A stretch of 24,813 bases of DNA from a virus. Lineage: Duplodnaviria; Caudoviricetes. The stretch is from the IMG/VR virus record IMGVR_UViG_3300044949_001706, positions 1 to 24,813 of that record; one strand, written 5' to 3'. The notes beneath the pieces are model-generated. The model was not told the DNA's origin, did no database searches, and saw nothing but the letters and a program-made list of their open reading frames with translations. Positions 1 through 9,536 of the stretch are shown here, piece after piece (within the stretch, counting starts at the first letter, position 1; each line of letters starts with the position of its first letter). A program made the position numbers and the translations under genes.

Positions 1-3000
1 AATACTTCTTTTGCTGTTGTCGTGCCCTCGATTAGTCCAGTTATACCATTTGTTAATGCGTTACCGACAGCATCTCCTATACTTTGAGACACTCTGATAG
101 CCACGCCCTCTAAGTCTTGTAGTTGGCGCTGGGCATCTCCAATGAAGCCCTGGATGCGGGTACCGGGCTCGGTGGCGGCTTGTGCTCGGGCCCCCTCGGC
201 TCCTGCGACGGCGCTGCCAGCCGCTCCGACACCTGCGATCTGCTTGCGTAAGCGCTCGATGGTGGCCAGCGCGTCCGCGAGCCGCTTCTCTAACTCGGCC
301 TTTTCGGTACCGGAGGTTGCTTCTATCTTTTGTTGGATCTCGTTGCGAAGTGCGAGCTCTGTAGTCAGCTGCGCACTGAGTTCCGTTGTGAGACGGTTTA
401 CTTCGCGTTGAATACCGAGCTTGGCTACTTCAGCCGCGATTAACTCAGGTGCAACACCCTCTGCCTGTAAGCGGTTACGTAACTTGAGTGCTTCTATATC
501 TTCGTAAATACTGAGAGCTTGCCCGCGCATCTGTTGAATGAAGTTTGTAGCTTGTTCAGTTGACAGAATGCGTTGTTTAAGTAGCGCTTCTTGGTCCAGA
601 CCCCGTAGGTACTGCGCATGCTTAGCGGTTACAGCTTCTATTGCACGAGTCCGCTCTGTGTCACTCAGCTTTGTCTGTTTAGCAATACCGTCGAGGATCT
701 GTTGGAGCTCACGTGCAGCAGTAGCGCGCTGAGCAAACAGGTTGGATTCGAGAGCGGCGCGCTCGGGGCTAAAGGTTGCAGAATCGCTACGTGCGAGAGC
801 GTCGTAATTGGCCTGCAGTTCGAGCAGCTGATCTTGGTACTGCTCGATGGCGACCTGAGGGAAGGCGGCTTTTGCGATCTCGTCAAACGCCTCGGCTGTG
901 TTGGCCTCGGTGAGCGCTGCCTGTAATGAGCGGAGGCGCTCCATCGCGCCGGCGAGACTGCGAACAGCAGTGGCGTAGTTGTCAGCTGCAGCGGATGCAG
1001 CGGGAGCAGCACCTGCGCCGCCTCCCATCAGTTGCTGTGTTGCGGCGCGAAGTTTGCGCGGGTCGGCATACTGGAGTCCGATCCACTCCTGTTTGAGTCC
1101 GCGCTCGGTGGCTGCGATGTCGCCGGGGACAACACGATTACGAGCCAGGGCTTCAAACAGTTTCTCCTGTACTGCTGGGCTGAACTTGTCTGAGGGAGAA
1201 ACACCAGTGGGGCCATAGCCTCCGCTCATTAAAGAGCGAAGAGTAGAGCCAATAATTTGATATTTACCAACAGCATGTAGCTGTTGATTGCGTGGCACAT
1301 TGGGCGCTAGTTGCCTTCGCTGAATCTCAGCGATCGTCATATTGACTAGGTTTGGATCTATACCGCTGCCATGCGCTGTATGTCCCTGATTGCTACCGCC
1401 TCGGTTAAACGCTCCGTAGTTTCCTCCGTAGCTTTCGTGCCCACCGATGAGCTGACTGAGGGCTCCGCTAGGTCCTGTAGGTGCGGCGGGTCCGGCGACG
1501 CCTGCTCGGCGCCGAGCGTCAGCTGAATCGCGCTCGTAGTCCGCGGACTTTTTGCGGAGCTCGGCGATCTTCTTCTCGGTGTCGTAGCGGTAGTCGCTGA
1601 TTGCCTTCTCGAGGTTGGTGACCTCAATGGCAATGGTCTGCTTGGCGGCTTCGATCTCGAGCTCGCCGCGCTCACGGGTGGCGATGTAGTTGTTGAGAGC
1701 CTCGAGGGCAGCCCGGGATGCGCCTTCTTCGCCCTCGATGAGCTTGGCGTTGGCTTTCTCGATCTGCTTGATGCGCAGCTCGCCGGCGGCACGGAAGATG
1801 TCGACTTCCTTCTGGGCTAAGGCTTCGCGCTGCTGGAATAGGTCGTTCTCGAGCTGGCGGCGCAGGTCAGTGATTTCGCGCTCGAGGTTGGTTCGGTTCT
1901 GTGCTTGGAGCTGGATGTCCTTGATCGCTTGCTCACGGTCGCGTTGAGCGTCTACGCCACGCAGCTCGGCTTTGATCTTGGCTTCCTCTTTGAGCAGGCT
2001 GCCGAGTACTCGCCGAGAACGTTCCTCGAAACGGCCGACCTCGGAGCCAGAGAGTGCATCCCAGAATTCGCCCCAGCTCTGGATACCGGGTTTGAGTTCG
2101 TAGCGAATCTGGTTAATTTTCTTGCGTACTTCTTCTAGCTGATCGATATTGCGGCTGTAATTGGCGTTAACGATGGCCTGCTCAAAGTCACGAGCGGATT
2201 TTGTAGCGCTATCAGCTGAATCCCCTACATCTTTGTACGTGGTCTGAAGCCGTCGCAGAGCTTCAGCGGCTCGGGCGTTTGATTGCTGATCCTCCTGAGC
2301 ACGCTGGAAGCGTCCGAAGGCATCGATGATGGCGGCGATCCCGACTTGGATGACGAGAACCCAGCCCAGAGAGGCCAGGATTGATGCGCCAGCGGCTTTG
2401 GCTCCGGCACCGAGGCCACGGAAGCCAGCAGCGAGGCCGTTCAGTTGAGTGCCTGACGTGACAGCTTGCTTGCCTACGGTGAGCAGCTCAACCGATAGCG
2501 CCTTGAGGCCGGTTGCCAGAGCGGGGATAGCGGCGGCTGGGCCTACGAGTGCAGTGGCCAGGCCAGCGAAGAGGACGATCAGTTTGCCGACGGCTAAGAC
2601 GACAGCGGCGATGGCACCGACCAGGCCGGCGAGAGCTGTGCCGAGGCCGCCGATGGCGGGGATGACTGCGCCGACGATGAAGCGGCCGAAGAGTACGAGC
2701 TGTGTAGCGGCGTCGAGCCCGACGCGCTTGAGGAGACCGAGTACTGCGGCGACCTCGGAGAAGTACTGGACGGCGGGGGTGTTGAGGAAGCGCGAGTAGA
2801 GGTTGAAGAGGCCCGCCAGAGGCTGCGAAATAGCGCCGACGACGCTGGCGATGTTGGCCAGGGCAGATGCGAGAGCCTCGAAGGTGCCGACCTTGATGCG
2901 GACGAAGGCCTCGGCGATGTTGCGGAAGGCATCGACCAGGATCAGCGCGGTGGGCTTCAACGCTTCGATGGCCTGCGTGAGGGCACCGACGGTGCGCTGA

Positions 3001-4277
3001 GCGACAAGCTCGATCTGGTTGAAGCCTTGCTGCGCGACGGAGGCAGCGGCAGAGGCGGCGCGGGAGGGGTCGCCGGCGCCGATTCCGGTGCGGCCGGCGG
3101 TGAGCCCGACGACGAGCTGCCCGGCGCGGCCGATGGCTTGGCCGGCGCCCTCGGCGATGGCGAAGATCTGGGTGCGGATCTTGAACAGGGTCTCGAAGAC
3201 ACTGGTCAGGCCGGCAAGCAGGGGGTCGAGAAGGCCGCGGCCGAAGTTCTGGCCTATGAGTTCACCGAGGTCAGCGATGTTGGAGATGACACCGGCGAAG
3301 CCCTGAGCGGCTATGGCCTGCCCAGCTACAGAAGCCGCAAGTTTCGTTTCTAGAAACTTAACAACGCCTCCGACCTCGGTTTTCGCGCGCGCAATGTCTG
3401 CACTATTAATCCCGAGTGCCTGAGCAAGATATGAATCTGGTCCTACGTCCCCCCGAAGAATCGATCCAATTTCTTGGCGGGCCTGTTCCAGTGGTAGCCC
3501 GAAGGTGCCAAGAGCTGCAGAAAAGCTGATAGCGAGGTCTTCTGCATCCTTGAGCCCGCCGCCGATTTGCCCAACTTGGGAGGCGACAATGCCAAAGACC
3601 TCGATGACGTCATTCGAGGTGACGCCGGCAAGGGCGATGGACCGCTCTCGGATGGAATCGATGCGCTCTGCGACAGCACCGGTCAGTGAGACGATCTTCT
3701 GGTAGGGATCTGTGATCTCCTTACCACCGGCAAAGACTCGGTTTGTAGACGCGAGCGTCGTTTGAGTTTTGAGGATCGTCTCGCGGAGCTGGATCTCGCG
3801 GCCGATGGTGTTGTTGAAGAAACCGTTCCATGCGGCTTGAACGACGCCGACGGCCTCTTTGAGGGCGAAGGTGGCGAAGCCAATCTTGGCGAGTGTGTCA
3901 ATTAGCCGGCCACCGACGGTGCCAGCGACGGTGAGTGAGCGCGAGAGAATGCTGCCTGCCTGGGCGCTTTCCTTAAGAGCTGCACCGAACTGAAACTGTT
4001 GTTTTGCTGTGGTTGCAGTGGTCTTAGCTAGGCTCTCGAACTCGCGAACTTTATCTCCTACTCCAGGTATATTCTTACTGATGGAGTAGAAGGTACGTAT
4101 GTTATTGCTGGCTGCCTTAATATCGTTCTGTATGTTTGAAAAGTCTTTGTTTAGACTTCTCAGATCAATACTAAATTTACGCGACTTTGTAGCCGCAGTA
4201 GCGAGTTTATCTACCTGCTGCAGTTTTCGCTCAGCTGCCTGAGTCTCAGCTATTACGTTGAGCCGAAAGTCAGACAC
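1..4277 (-). CDS. Tail tape measure protein (3' end beyond window, >1400 aa) with internal lysozyme-like domain
   Basis: Absent from the ORF track, apparently because it runs off the edge. Manual translation from GTG 4277 gives MSDFRLNVIAETQAAERKLQQVDKLAT...; the same frame reads LSQLIGGHESYGG near 1460 and ALTNGITGLIEGTTTAKEV at the window edge. Ala/Gly-rich, coiled-coil and hydrophobic segments; directly follows the tail chaperones. Not every codon was checked. Confidence 0.9.
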   Translation of the reverse strand, partial: MSDFRLNVIAETQAAERKLQQVDKLATAATKSRKFSIDLRSLNKDFSNIQNDIKAASNNIRTFYSISKNIPGVGDKVREFESLAKTTATTAKQQFQFGAALKESAQAGSILSRSLTVAGTVGGRLIDTLAKIGFATFALKEAVGVVQAAWNGFFNNTIGREIQLRETILKTQTTLASTNRVFAGGKEITDPYQKIVSLTGAVAERIDSIRERSIALAGVTSNDVIEVFGIVASQVGQIGGGLKDAEDLAISFSAALGTFGLPLEQARQEIGSILRGDVGPDSYLAQALGINSADIARAKTEVGGVVKFLETKLAASVAGQAIAAQGFAGVISNIADLGELIGQNFGRGLLDPLLAGLTSVFETLFKIRTQIFAIAEGAGQAIGRAGQLVVGLTAGRTGIGAGDPSRAASAAASVAQQGFNQIELVAQRTVGALTQAIEALKPTALILVDAFRNIAEAFVRIKVGTFEALASALANIASVVGAISQPLAGLFNLYSRFLNTPAVQYFSEVAAVLGLLKRVGLDAATQLVLFGRFIVGAVIPAIGGLGTALAGLVGAIAAVVLAVGKLIVLFAGLATALVGPAAAIPALATGLKALSVELLTVGKQAVTSGTQLNGLAAGFRGLGAGAKAAGASILASLGWVLVIQVGIAAIIDAFGRFQRAQEDQQSNARAAEALRRLQTTYKDVGDSADSATKSARDFEQAIVNANYSRNIDQLEEVRKKINQIRYELKPGIQSWGEFWDALSGSEVGRFEERSRRVLGSLLKEEAKIKAELRGVDAQRDREQAIKDIQLQAQNRTNLEREITDLRRQLENDLFQQREALAQKEVDIFRAAGELRIKQIEKANAKLIEGEEGASRAALEALNNYIATRERGELEIEAAKQTIAIEVTNLEKAISDYRYDTEKKIAELRKKSADYERDSADARRRAGVAGPAAPTGPSGALSQLIGGHESYGGNYGAFNRGGSNQGHTAHGSGIDPNLVNMTIAEIQRRQLAPNVPRNQQLHAVGKYQIIGSTLRSLMSGGYGPTGVSPSDKFSPAVQEKLFEALARNRVVPGDIAATERGLKQEWIGLQYADPRKLRAATQQLMGGGAGAAPAASAAADNYATAVRSLAGAMERLRSLQAALTEANTAEAFDEIAKAAFPQVAIEQYQDQLLELQANYDALARSDSATFSPERAALESNLFAQRATAARELQQILDGIAKQTKLSDTERTRAIEAVTAKHAQYLRGLDQEALLKQRILSTEQATNFIQQMRGQALSIYEDIEALKLRNRLQAEGVAPELIAAEVAKLGIQREVNRLTTELSAQLTTELALRNEIQQKIEATSGTEKAELEKRLADALATIERLRKQIAGVGAAGSAVAGAEGARAQAATEPGTRIQGFIGDAQRQLQDLEGVAIRVSQSIGDAVGNALTNGITGLIEGTTTAKEV
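1030..1460 (-). other. Lysozyme/muramidase-like domain inside the tape measure
   Basis: Translation LSQLIGGHESYGGNYGAFNRGG...MTIAEIQRRQ...HAVGKYQIIGSTL...FSPAVQEKLF...LKQEWIGL has the ES, A-x-G-x-Y-Q, F-x-P-x-x-Q and EW motifs of lambda-lysozyme-like muramidases. Confidence 0.75.
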
Positions 4278-4301
4278 GGGCCGATACGCGCTACTCGTAT
4301 G

Positions 4302-4787
4302 TTACGGAGCTCCGGAGGCACCGGATGCAAGAGCGGCGTAGACGTGCAACGGCATGCGGCGTGTGCGCACGAGCTCGGAGAGAATGAACTTAGTGGGTGC
4401 GTCGGGGCCGTCGGCCACCTCGGATGCGGGCTTCCAGTCGGGGAAAGGCAAGAAGTCGCGGGGATGCACCTTTGGGGCGGCTCGCTTGGAGCCGGAGAAA
4501 CCGTGCGCAATCTGGATCAGTACAGCAGTCAGACGTGCGGTGCTGACGCTGGCGGTGTTAGCGCGGCCTCGGTCGAGGTCGTCGATTTGGCGCAGCAGCC
4601 AGCGGATTGTGCTGATTGGCGTGCGGAGAAAACGCTCCGGGGTGAAGTCGCCGCCGACTGGAGACGACCGCACTCGAAAGTAAATCTGGTCCCAGTCGGC
4701 TAAGGGTGCGCGGAGCGTGTCCTCAGCGTTTTTCAGGCTTTGCTCGGGGGAGGGCTGAATTCGGGCTCCGCTTCCGGTTCGTTTCCC
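4302..4787 (-). CDS. Tail assembly chaperone GT extension, reached by -1 frameshift
   Basis: The frame is open from slippery heptamer G GGA AAC (4787-4781) through GKRTGSGARIQPSPEQSLKNAEDTLRAPLADWDQIYFRVRSS into track ORF 4302..4673. Position between G and the tape measure matches lambda gpG/gpGT. Confidence 0.85.
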   Translation of the reverse strand, partial: GKRTGSGARIQPSPEQSLKNAEDTLRAPLADWDQIYFRVRSSPVGGDFTPERFLRTPISTIRWLLRQIDDLDRGRANTASVSTARLTAVLIQIAHGFSGSKRAAPKVHPRDFLPFPDWKPASEVADGPDAPTKFILSELVRTRRMPLHVYAALASGASGAP

Positions 4788-5278
4788 TCAGCAGGGGTGG
4801 GCCAGCCGTCGCGTTCCCAGGTGAGGAGCTCGAAGATCTGCTCCATCAGGCGAGTGGGGATGGCTTCAGTGTCGGCCTCGGTCCAGTCCTCGAGCTTTTG
4901 CCAGTCCTTGGCTCGGGGCAGCTTGGCTTCTCCGCGGTACTGCATGAAGAGCGTGACGAAGGCGATCTGCTGTTCGACAGCGCCGACGGAGTCACGCTGC
5001 AGCTCTTCTAGGTCAGCGGCGTAGTCGTAGAGCAGCTCTTGGTTTTCTTCGGCGGAGCTGCCGAGTAGGTCAATAGCTTCTTTGGTTGTTATGCCTTTGT
5101 CTTTAGCAATGCGTTGCGCAAGCTTAATAGAGCGGAATGTCGACTTAGATTGCTTACGGCTTAGCGTTTCAATGCCCTTAGCTTCACCTGGTACAAGGTC
5201 GTGGTAAACGGGGAAGCGGAAAGGGCCGATCTCGTGGTACTCCTCGGGGGAGAACAGGAGCGACGCGTACTTAGACAT
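4733..5278 (-). CDS. Tail assembly chaperone (G-like), about 181 aa
   Basis: ATG 5278 (MSKYASLLFS...) overlaps the stop of the upstream ORF; lies between tail tube and tape measure; slippery site near the 3' end. Confidence 0.8.
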   Translation of the reverse strand: MSKYASLLFSPEEYHEIGPFRFPVYHDLVPGEAKGIETLSRKQSKSTFRSIKLAQRIAKDKGITTKEAIDLLGSSAEENQELLYDYAADLEELQRDSVGAVEQQIAFVTLFMQYRGEAKLPRAKDWQKLEDWTEADTEAIPTRLMEQIFELLTWERDGWPTPAEGNEPEAEPEFSPPPSKA

Positions 5279-5504
5279 CAGCGATGGGGAGATCGATGGA
5301 CCAAGACCTGAAAGGCTCAACTTGGTTTACGAGCTCGTCAGGTAGTTCAATCATCACGCTAGCAGCCTCATACGCTAAGCGTATAGATTTGAACGGGATC
5401 AGGGGCTCCAGGTACAAGGCGCCGCAGTGAAGGGTGTCGCCTTGTACTTGGCAGTTCACTGCATACACCATGTGGGCTGCGTCCATTAAGAGGTCGTGTT
5501 GCAT
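5271..5504 (-). CDS. Small hypothetical protein (77 aa)
   Basis: ATG start, fills the gap between the terminator and the chaperone gene and overlaps the chaperone start; no motif recognised. Confidence 0.6.
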   Translation of the reverse strand: MQHDLLMDAAHMVYAVNCQVQGDTLHCGALYLEPLIPFKSIRLAYEAASVMIELPDELVNQVEPFRSWSIDLPIADV

Positions 5505-5516
5505 GGGACGAAAGAC

Positions 5517-5541
5517 AAAAAAGCCCCGCGTTGGCGGGGCT
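5517..5541 (-). terminator. Rho-independent terminator after the major tail gene
   Basis: Minus strand AGCCCCGC-CAAC-GCGGGGCT followed by a T run, about 30 nt after the stop at 5571. Confidence 0.85.
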
Positions 5542-5570
5542 GAGTGGTTGGCTCGAGTTCAGTCTGACCC

Positions 5571-6581
5571 TTAGGCCGTCTTGAAGAGGGTCTCGAAACC
5601 TTGGAGGGGGAACAGCACACCAGTTGCTGAGGGGTTGCCGCTGCCATCCAGAGCTTGCTTGATGGCGCCATCTTCCACACGGAGGCGGTAGATGGTGGCA
5701 GCGGACAAGTTGGCGGAGGGGTTGATGGTGACCACGTTGCTGGCCAGCGATACCGCGGCCGATACCCGAGTACCAGTAGCAGCGTCCTCGAGGCGGAAGC
5801 CGCTACCGTCTGTCTGCCCCAGGAACAGTTGAGTCAGCGCTGTGCTGCCATCACTGGTGTAGGTCACAGTGAGGTTGTTAGAAACAACGATGCTGTCTGC
5901 ATTGTTGGCCGGCACCACTGCATAGCGGCGCGTACCAGAATCAGGTGCAGTAAACAGCAGGCTGGACTGGACACCACCGAAAGCGATGGCGGTTGCACCG
6001 GCGTCATAGCGGCCGAAGACGGGGCGACCTCGGGACATGAGGTCAAAGGAGACCTCGGTGAGACCCTCAGCGGTGAGGTTCTCGTTGTAGTTCATCACGA
6101 CGGCGTTGAAGCCGGTGAAGTCGTAGATGTAGTTGCCTGAGGTGCCGTTGGCCTGGCCCAGCTCCTTGAGGAACTCGACGTAGATCTCGTAGTCCTTGTT
6201 GTAGCGGGCCTTTTCGATGAGGGCGAAACCTTCCTCGTAGTTGCCGCGGAACACGGGGCAGTTCTGGCCGGCAGGGATAGCCGTGTCCTTCAGGAAGTAG
6301 GCAGTTACCGAGGCCTGCACAGAGGAGCCGGTGATCAGCGAGTCGCTCCAACCATTGTCCCCAAGGAGACGAAACTCCTGGTTGTTGTCGTTGATGGCGA
6401 AGGTGGTGCTGCTGACACCTTGGAGCTCGACGTAGCGGGAACCGGCGTCGAGGGTGGGCAGGGTGACCATGCCAGCAGTGTCGCGGGTCGCGAAGTAGCG
6501 GCAGGGAGGGTTGAGGTCCACGGCGCGGACTAGGGTCCGGTGAGCCTTGTGGAACGACAGCCCGATGGCGTAGTCGGCCAT
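5571..6581 (-). CDS. Major tail (tube) protein with C-terminal Ig-like domain
   Basis: 336 aa, beta-rich, strong RBS (TAAGGAG), followed by a terminator and tail chaperones. The C-terminus (VVPANNADSIVVSNNLTVTY...VTINPSANLSAATIYRLRVEDGAIK) resembles Big_5-type Ig domains. Confidence 0.8.
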   Translation of the reverse strand: MADYAIGLSFHKAHRTLVRAVDLNPPCRYFATRDTAGMVTLPTLDAGSRYVELQGVSSTTFAINDNNQEFRLLGDNGWSDSLITGSSVQASVTAYFLKDTAIPAGQNCPVFRGNYEEGFALIEKARYNKDYEIYVEFLKELGQANGTSGNYIYDFTGFNAVVMNYNENLTAEGLTEVSFDLMSRGRPVFGRYDAGATAIAFGGVQSSLLFTAPDSGTRRYAVVPANNADSIVVSNNLTVTYTSDGSTALTQLFLGQTDGSGFRLEDAATGTRVSAAVSLASNVVTINPSANLSAATIYRLRVEDGAIKQALDGSGNPSATGVLFPLQGFETLFKTA

Positions 6582-6593
6582 GGTTGGGACTCC

Positions 6594-7067
6594 TTATGGG
6601 ATCGGGGGGTTCAGAACGGGGCCCAAGATGGACACCGTCAAGGCCTCGTATGTGGCCTCGGTCCGGGGAGTGTGCGTAGCACTATCCCGGGGGAAGGTGC
6701 GTGCCAGGCGCCTGCTGATGTCCAGCAGAGAGATCGGCATGCGAGTGCCCTTGCGGGTGCCGTAATTCGTGAAACGAACAGGCCAGCGCTCGAAGGACAG
6801 GATGGCTCCGACGGAGCCGGGAGAGACGATCTCGGGTACATCAGTGATGGTGCACTCGATTCCGGTTACAGCCCAGTTGGAGGGAACCATGGCCTCGCCG
6901 ACGACGTAGACCGCGGGGATGCGGGTGTTGTTGGGCAAGGTGTAGTAGCCGGGCCAGCTGGCTTGCGACTTGAGCGTGGTGCCATCGACCTCGTAGAGAT
7001 CGAGGATGTAGCGCTCGATGGTGGTGCGCAGCGAGCGCACCTCGGGGCAGCTGGTTGAGATCGTCAT
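6594..7067 (-). CDS. Putative tail completion/terminator protein
   Basis: 157 aa immediately before the tail tube gene with ATGA overlap; function assigned from synteny only. Confidence 0.55.
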   Translation of the reverse strand: MTISTSCPEVRSLRTTIERYILDLYEVDGTTLKSQASWPGYYTLPNNTRIPAVYVVGEAMVPSNWAVTGIECTITDVPEIVSPGSVGAILSFERWPVRFTNYGTRKGTRMPISLLDISRRLARTFPRDSATHTPRTEATYEALTVSILGPVLNPPIP

Positions 7068-7435
7068 GACTGCTCAGCGCGGAGAGCGTTGCGCAGGAAG
7101 CGGTCGAACTGGGCCGGGGCTCCTTCAAGAGGAGCCTTAGTCCAAGGTCGGCCGGGGAAGCGGAGGCCGGTGATGGCAACTCCGCCCTCGTGGACCTGGG
7201 CGGCATATTCCACCGGCCAGGTGAAGGTGATCGAGCCGTCAGAGTTGACGGTGCGAGTCTGGCTGGCGCGGAGGCGACCAGTGTCCACGATGTCCCGCAC
7301 CTTCGGAGGTGTGGGGTAGTCCCACTTGGCTGACGAGATTTCCGCGGTGAAGCGGGTGTCTAGCCAAGTGGCAAGCTGCTGGGTCGCCTGGGCGGTGGCA
7401 GCGCGGAGCTGCGCATCGAGGGGGCGTCTAGCCAT
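7064..7435 (-). CDS. HK97 gp10-like tail completion/neck protein
   Basis: Motifs IVDTGRLRAS, VEYAAQVHEG and PGRPW; likely start ATG 7435 (MARRPLD) overlapping the upstream stop. Confidence 0.75.
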   Translation of the reverse strand: MARRPLDAQLRAATAQATQQLATWLDTRFTAEISSAKWDYPTPPKVRDIVDTGRLRASQTRTVNSDGSITFTWPVEYAAQVHEGGVAITGLRFPGRPWTKAPLEGAPAQFDRFLRNALRAEQS

Positions 7436-7832
7436 TGATGAAGCCTCCGATGACACGGAACGTGCCTTGGATGGACTGGCGGATGTCCTGGTAGGCAGCG
7501 GCATCCATATCGAGATCGAAAACGAGCTCGAAGCGGCCGCGGTAGCCGTTTATGATGGCTTCCGCTTGGCTGCCGTTGGTAATCCGAAGGTCCAGGCGAT
7601 CGGGGCTAAGCAGGCGCCCGCTGCAGCGGTAGCTCGAGTTGTCGGCTCCTGGCTGGCCATCCCACGAGGGGGCCTCGAGTTTGAGCGCAGCCAGGTACTC
7701 GACGGTCTCGACGGTTTGCACCGTGTTGCCCGTGCTGGCGTCCGTAGTGAGCGTGGTTCCACCAACCTCGAATGCCAACTGGGCATTGCCCCAGGGGGCG
7801 TAGCTGGCGATCGTGGCGGCGGAAATAGCCAT
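7428..7832 (-). CDS. Putative head closure / head-tail joining protein
   Basis: 134 aa, beta-rich, between the adaptor and the gp10-like gene; synteny only. Confidence 0.55.
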   Translation of the reverse strand: MAISAATIASYAPWGNAQLAFEVGGTTLTTDASTGNTVQTVETVEYLAALKLEAPSWDGQPGADNSSYRCSGRLLSPDRLDLRITNGSQAEAIINGYRGRFELVFDLDMDAAAYQDIRQSIQGTFRVIGGFING

Positions 7833-7834
7833 GA

Positions 7835-8143
7835 CTACAGCGCGAATCCAGAAAGAGCGAGGTTGCCTTTGAGGCGTTCGTACTCCTGGCCGTACAAGCT
7901 GGCGGTCAGACCGGTGCCGAGGGGCTGGCCTGCCTGACTACCGACCTGAAGGCCGATCTGCATGACACGGGTGGAGAGGATGTGGGCCGCCAGATTGCTG
8001 ACGGCCTCGGTGTGAACGGTGCCCCAGTTGGCCGCAGGGGTGGAACGGCCAGCCTCCGTGAGGGCGCTCTGGACTACGGGGAGCGAAAGCTCGCCGAACT
8101 CGGGGAAGCGGGTAAGGAACTCACTGGAGGTGGGGACAGCCAT
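7835..8143 (-). CDS. Head-tail adaptor (DUF4054-like)
   Basis: FLTRFPEF...AVSNLAAHIL...SLYGQEYERL pattern typical of DUF4054-type connectors that follow DUF2184 capsid genes. Confidence 0.75.
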   Translation of the reverse strand: MAVPTSSEFLTRFPEFGELSLPVVQSALTEAGRSTPAANWGTVHTEAVSNLAAHILSTRVMQIGLQVGSQAGQPLGTGLTASLYGQEYERLKGNLALSGFAL

Positions 8144-8556
8144 TAGCCGTTACCCTCTGTGATGGCAGAGATGCGCTTGCTGATGGCGTTGCGGATGCGG
8201 ATCCGCTGCTCACCTGACTCCCAACGTTGGAGCTGGGCGACATCGAAGCTGTCCTCCACGAGACGGAGTGCCTGCGTGACAGGCATGTCTGCGATGGAGT
8301 CCAAGTCAGCGGCTGCTGCAGGATCGGACACGAAGGCCTGATCCTCTTCGACGCGCAGGGCGCCGAGTTTCAGCATGTTCTTGACGACGTCGTAGTCCTT
8401 GATCTGCTCCCACACTTTCTCGGGGAAGCCGCGGTTGACACCGGACTTCACCTGGATGCTTTCCGGTTGTCCTGTGTGTTGGACAAAGGAGAAGCCAATC
8501 GTGCACTCGGGGTCCATGGGAGGACTTTCGAGTTCGGGGCGATAGACGAGGATCAT
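8143..8556 (-). CDS. Hypothetical head-associated protein
   Basis: 137 aa directly after the capsid gene with TAATG coupling to the adaptor; helical C-terminus (ESGEQRIRIRNAISKRI). Confidence 0.7.
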   Translation of the reverse strand: MILVYRPELESPPMDPECTIGFSFVQHTGQPESIQVKSGVNRGFPEKVWEQIKDYDVVKNMLKLGALRVEEDQAFVSDPAAAADLDSIADMPVTQALRLVEDSFDVAQLQRWESGEQRIRIRNAISKRISAITEGNG

Positions 8557-8601
8557 GATCAGAAAGGTGAAAGAGCCAACAAAGCAAGCGCGCAGCCTGG
8601 A

Positions 8602-9519
8602 TCAGGCTTTCTCGAGCACGATGGCGCTCTTGGGGTAGTAGAGCGCGAGGCCGCCGATGCGAGCGTGAGCAGCGACGGTGAACTCGAGCTCGGCGCGCAC
8701 GGGCGGGAAGAACTCGAGGGGCTGCGGGATGTGCAGCTGCAGCTTGTCGGGGCTGCGGTCGTAGCAGATCACGCGGTCCTTGGACAGGACACCACCGGAC
8801 TTGGAAGCTTCGAGCTCGTTGATGGGCTCGATCGCGGTGATCATCGGGTTGGTGCGCAGGAAGAACTCCATCACCGTGGTGTCGGAGGTGGTGCTGCGCG
8901 GGGTGGTGGAGATGATGCGGTACACGTTGTAGGGCACCAGCATCGTGTTGGGCATCTCCTTCATGTTGCTGTTCTGCACGATCCGCGTGGCGGGCTCGTT
9001 GAGCAGCTGCAGCATCTCGTCGGTGGTGATGTCCGCGGTGTCGAACCAGTGGTCCGGCACCAGCTTGTCCACCTGGTTGTTGTTGAAGAAGCCTTTCATG
9101 CCGGAGGGGGCATCGCCGAAGTAGGCGATCTCCTGCACTTTCTCCTCGTAGGCGCGGCGCACAGCGTTAGCGCGGCGCTGCTCCAGGTTCATACCGGGCA
9201 CCATGGAGGCGGCACGGGTTTCCTGGACGGTGTAGGCGAAGGAAGCACCGAGGCTGCGGACCGGGTGGGTCACTTCCTTGCGGAGGACGTCAGCGCGGGG
9301 CAGGTCTTGGGCTTTGTCGCCAATGACCTTCATCGAGCCTTGCTTGTCGAAGACGCGATAGGTGAAGGAATCAGCGCCGTTGCCGACCTCGGAGGAGACG
9401 GGGATGACGGCGCTGTACTTGATGTCGGCGTACTCAACCTCGAAGGCGCGAGCGAGGATGGACTCCAGCTCGCGAGCAAGAAAGAGGCCGACCGAGTCGT
9501 TACGGATGTCGGTGGTCAT
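8602..9519 (-). CDS. Major capsid protein (DUF2184/encapsulin-like HK97 fold)
   Basis: 305 aa; FLARELESI, DLPRADV, FAYTVQE, IAYFGD...GFFNN and ARIGGLALYYP motifs; strongly GC3-biased codons. Confidence 0.9.
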   Translation of the reverse strand: MTTDIRNDSVGLFLARELESILARAFEVEYADIKYSAVIPVSSEVGNGADSFTYRVFDKQGSMKVIGDKAQDLPRADVLRKEVTHPVRSLGASFAYTVQETRAASMVPGMNLEQRRANAVRRAYEEKVQEIAYFGDAPSGMKGFFNNNQVDKLVPDHWFDTADITTDEMLQLLNEPATRIVQNSNMKEMPNTMLVPYNVYRIISTTPRSTTSDTTVMEFFLRTNPMITAIEPINELEASKSGGVLSKDRVICYDRSPDKLQLHIPQPLEFFPPVRAELEFTVAAHARIGGLALYYPKSAIVLEKA

Positions 9520-9536
9520 GGGATGGGGCTCCGGGA

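Noticed and set aside
142-3901. Numerous short track ORFs on both strands
   Set aside because: All lie inside the long tape-measure frame starting at 4277, which the track omitted.
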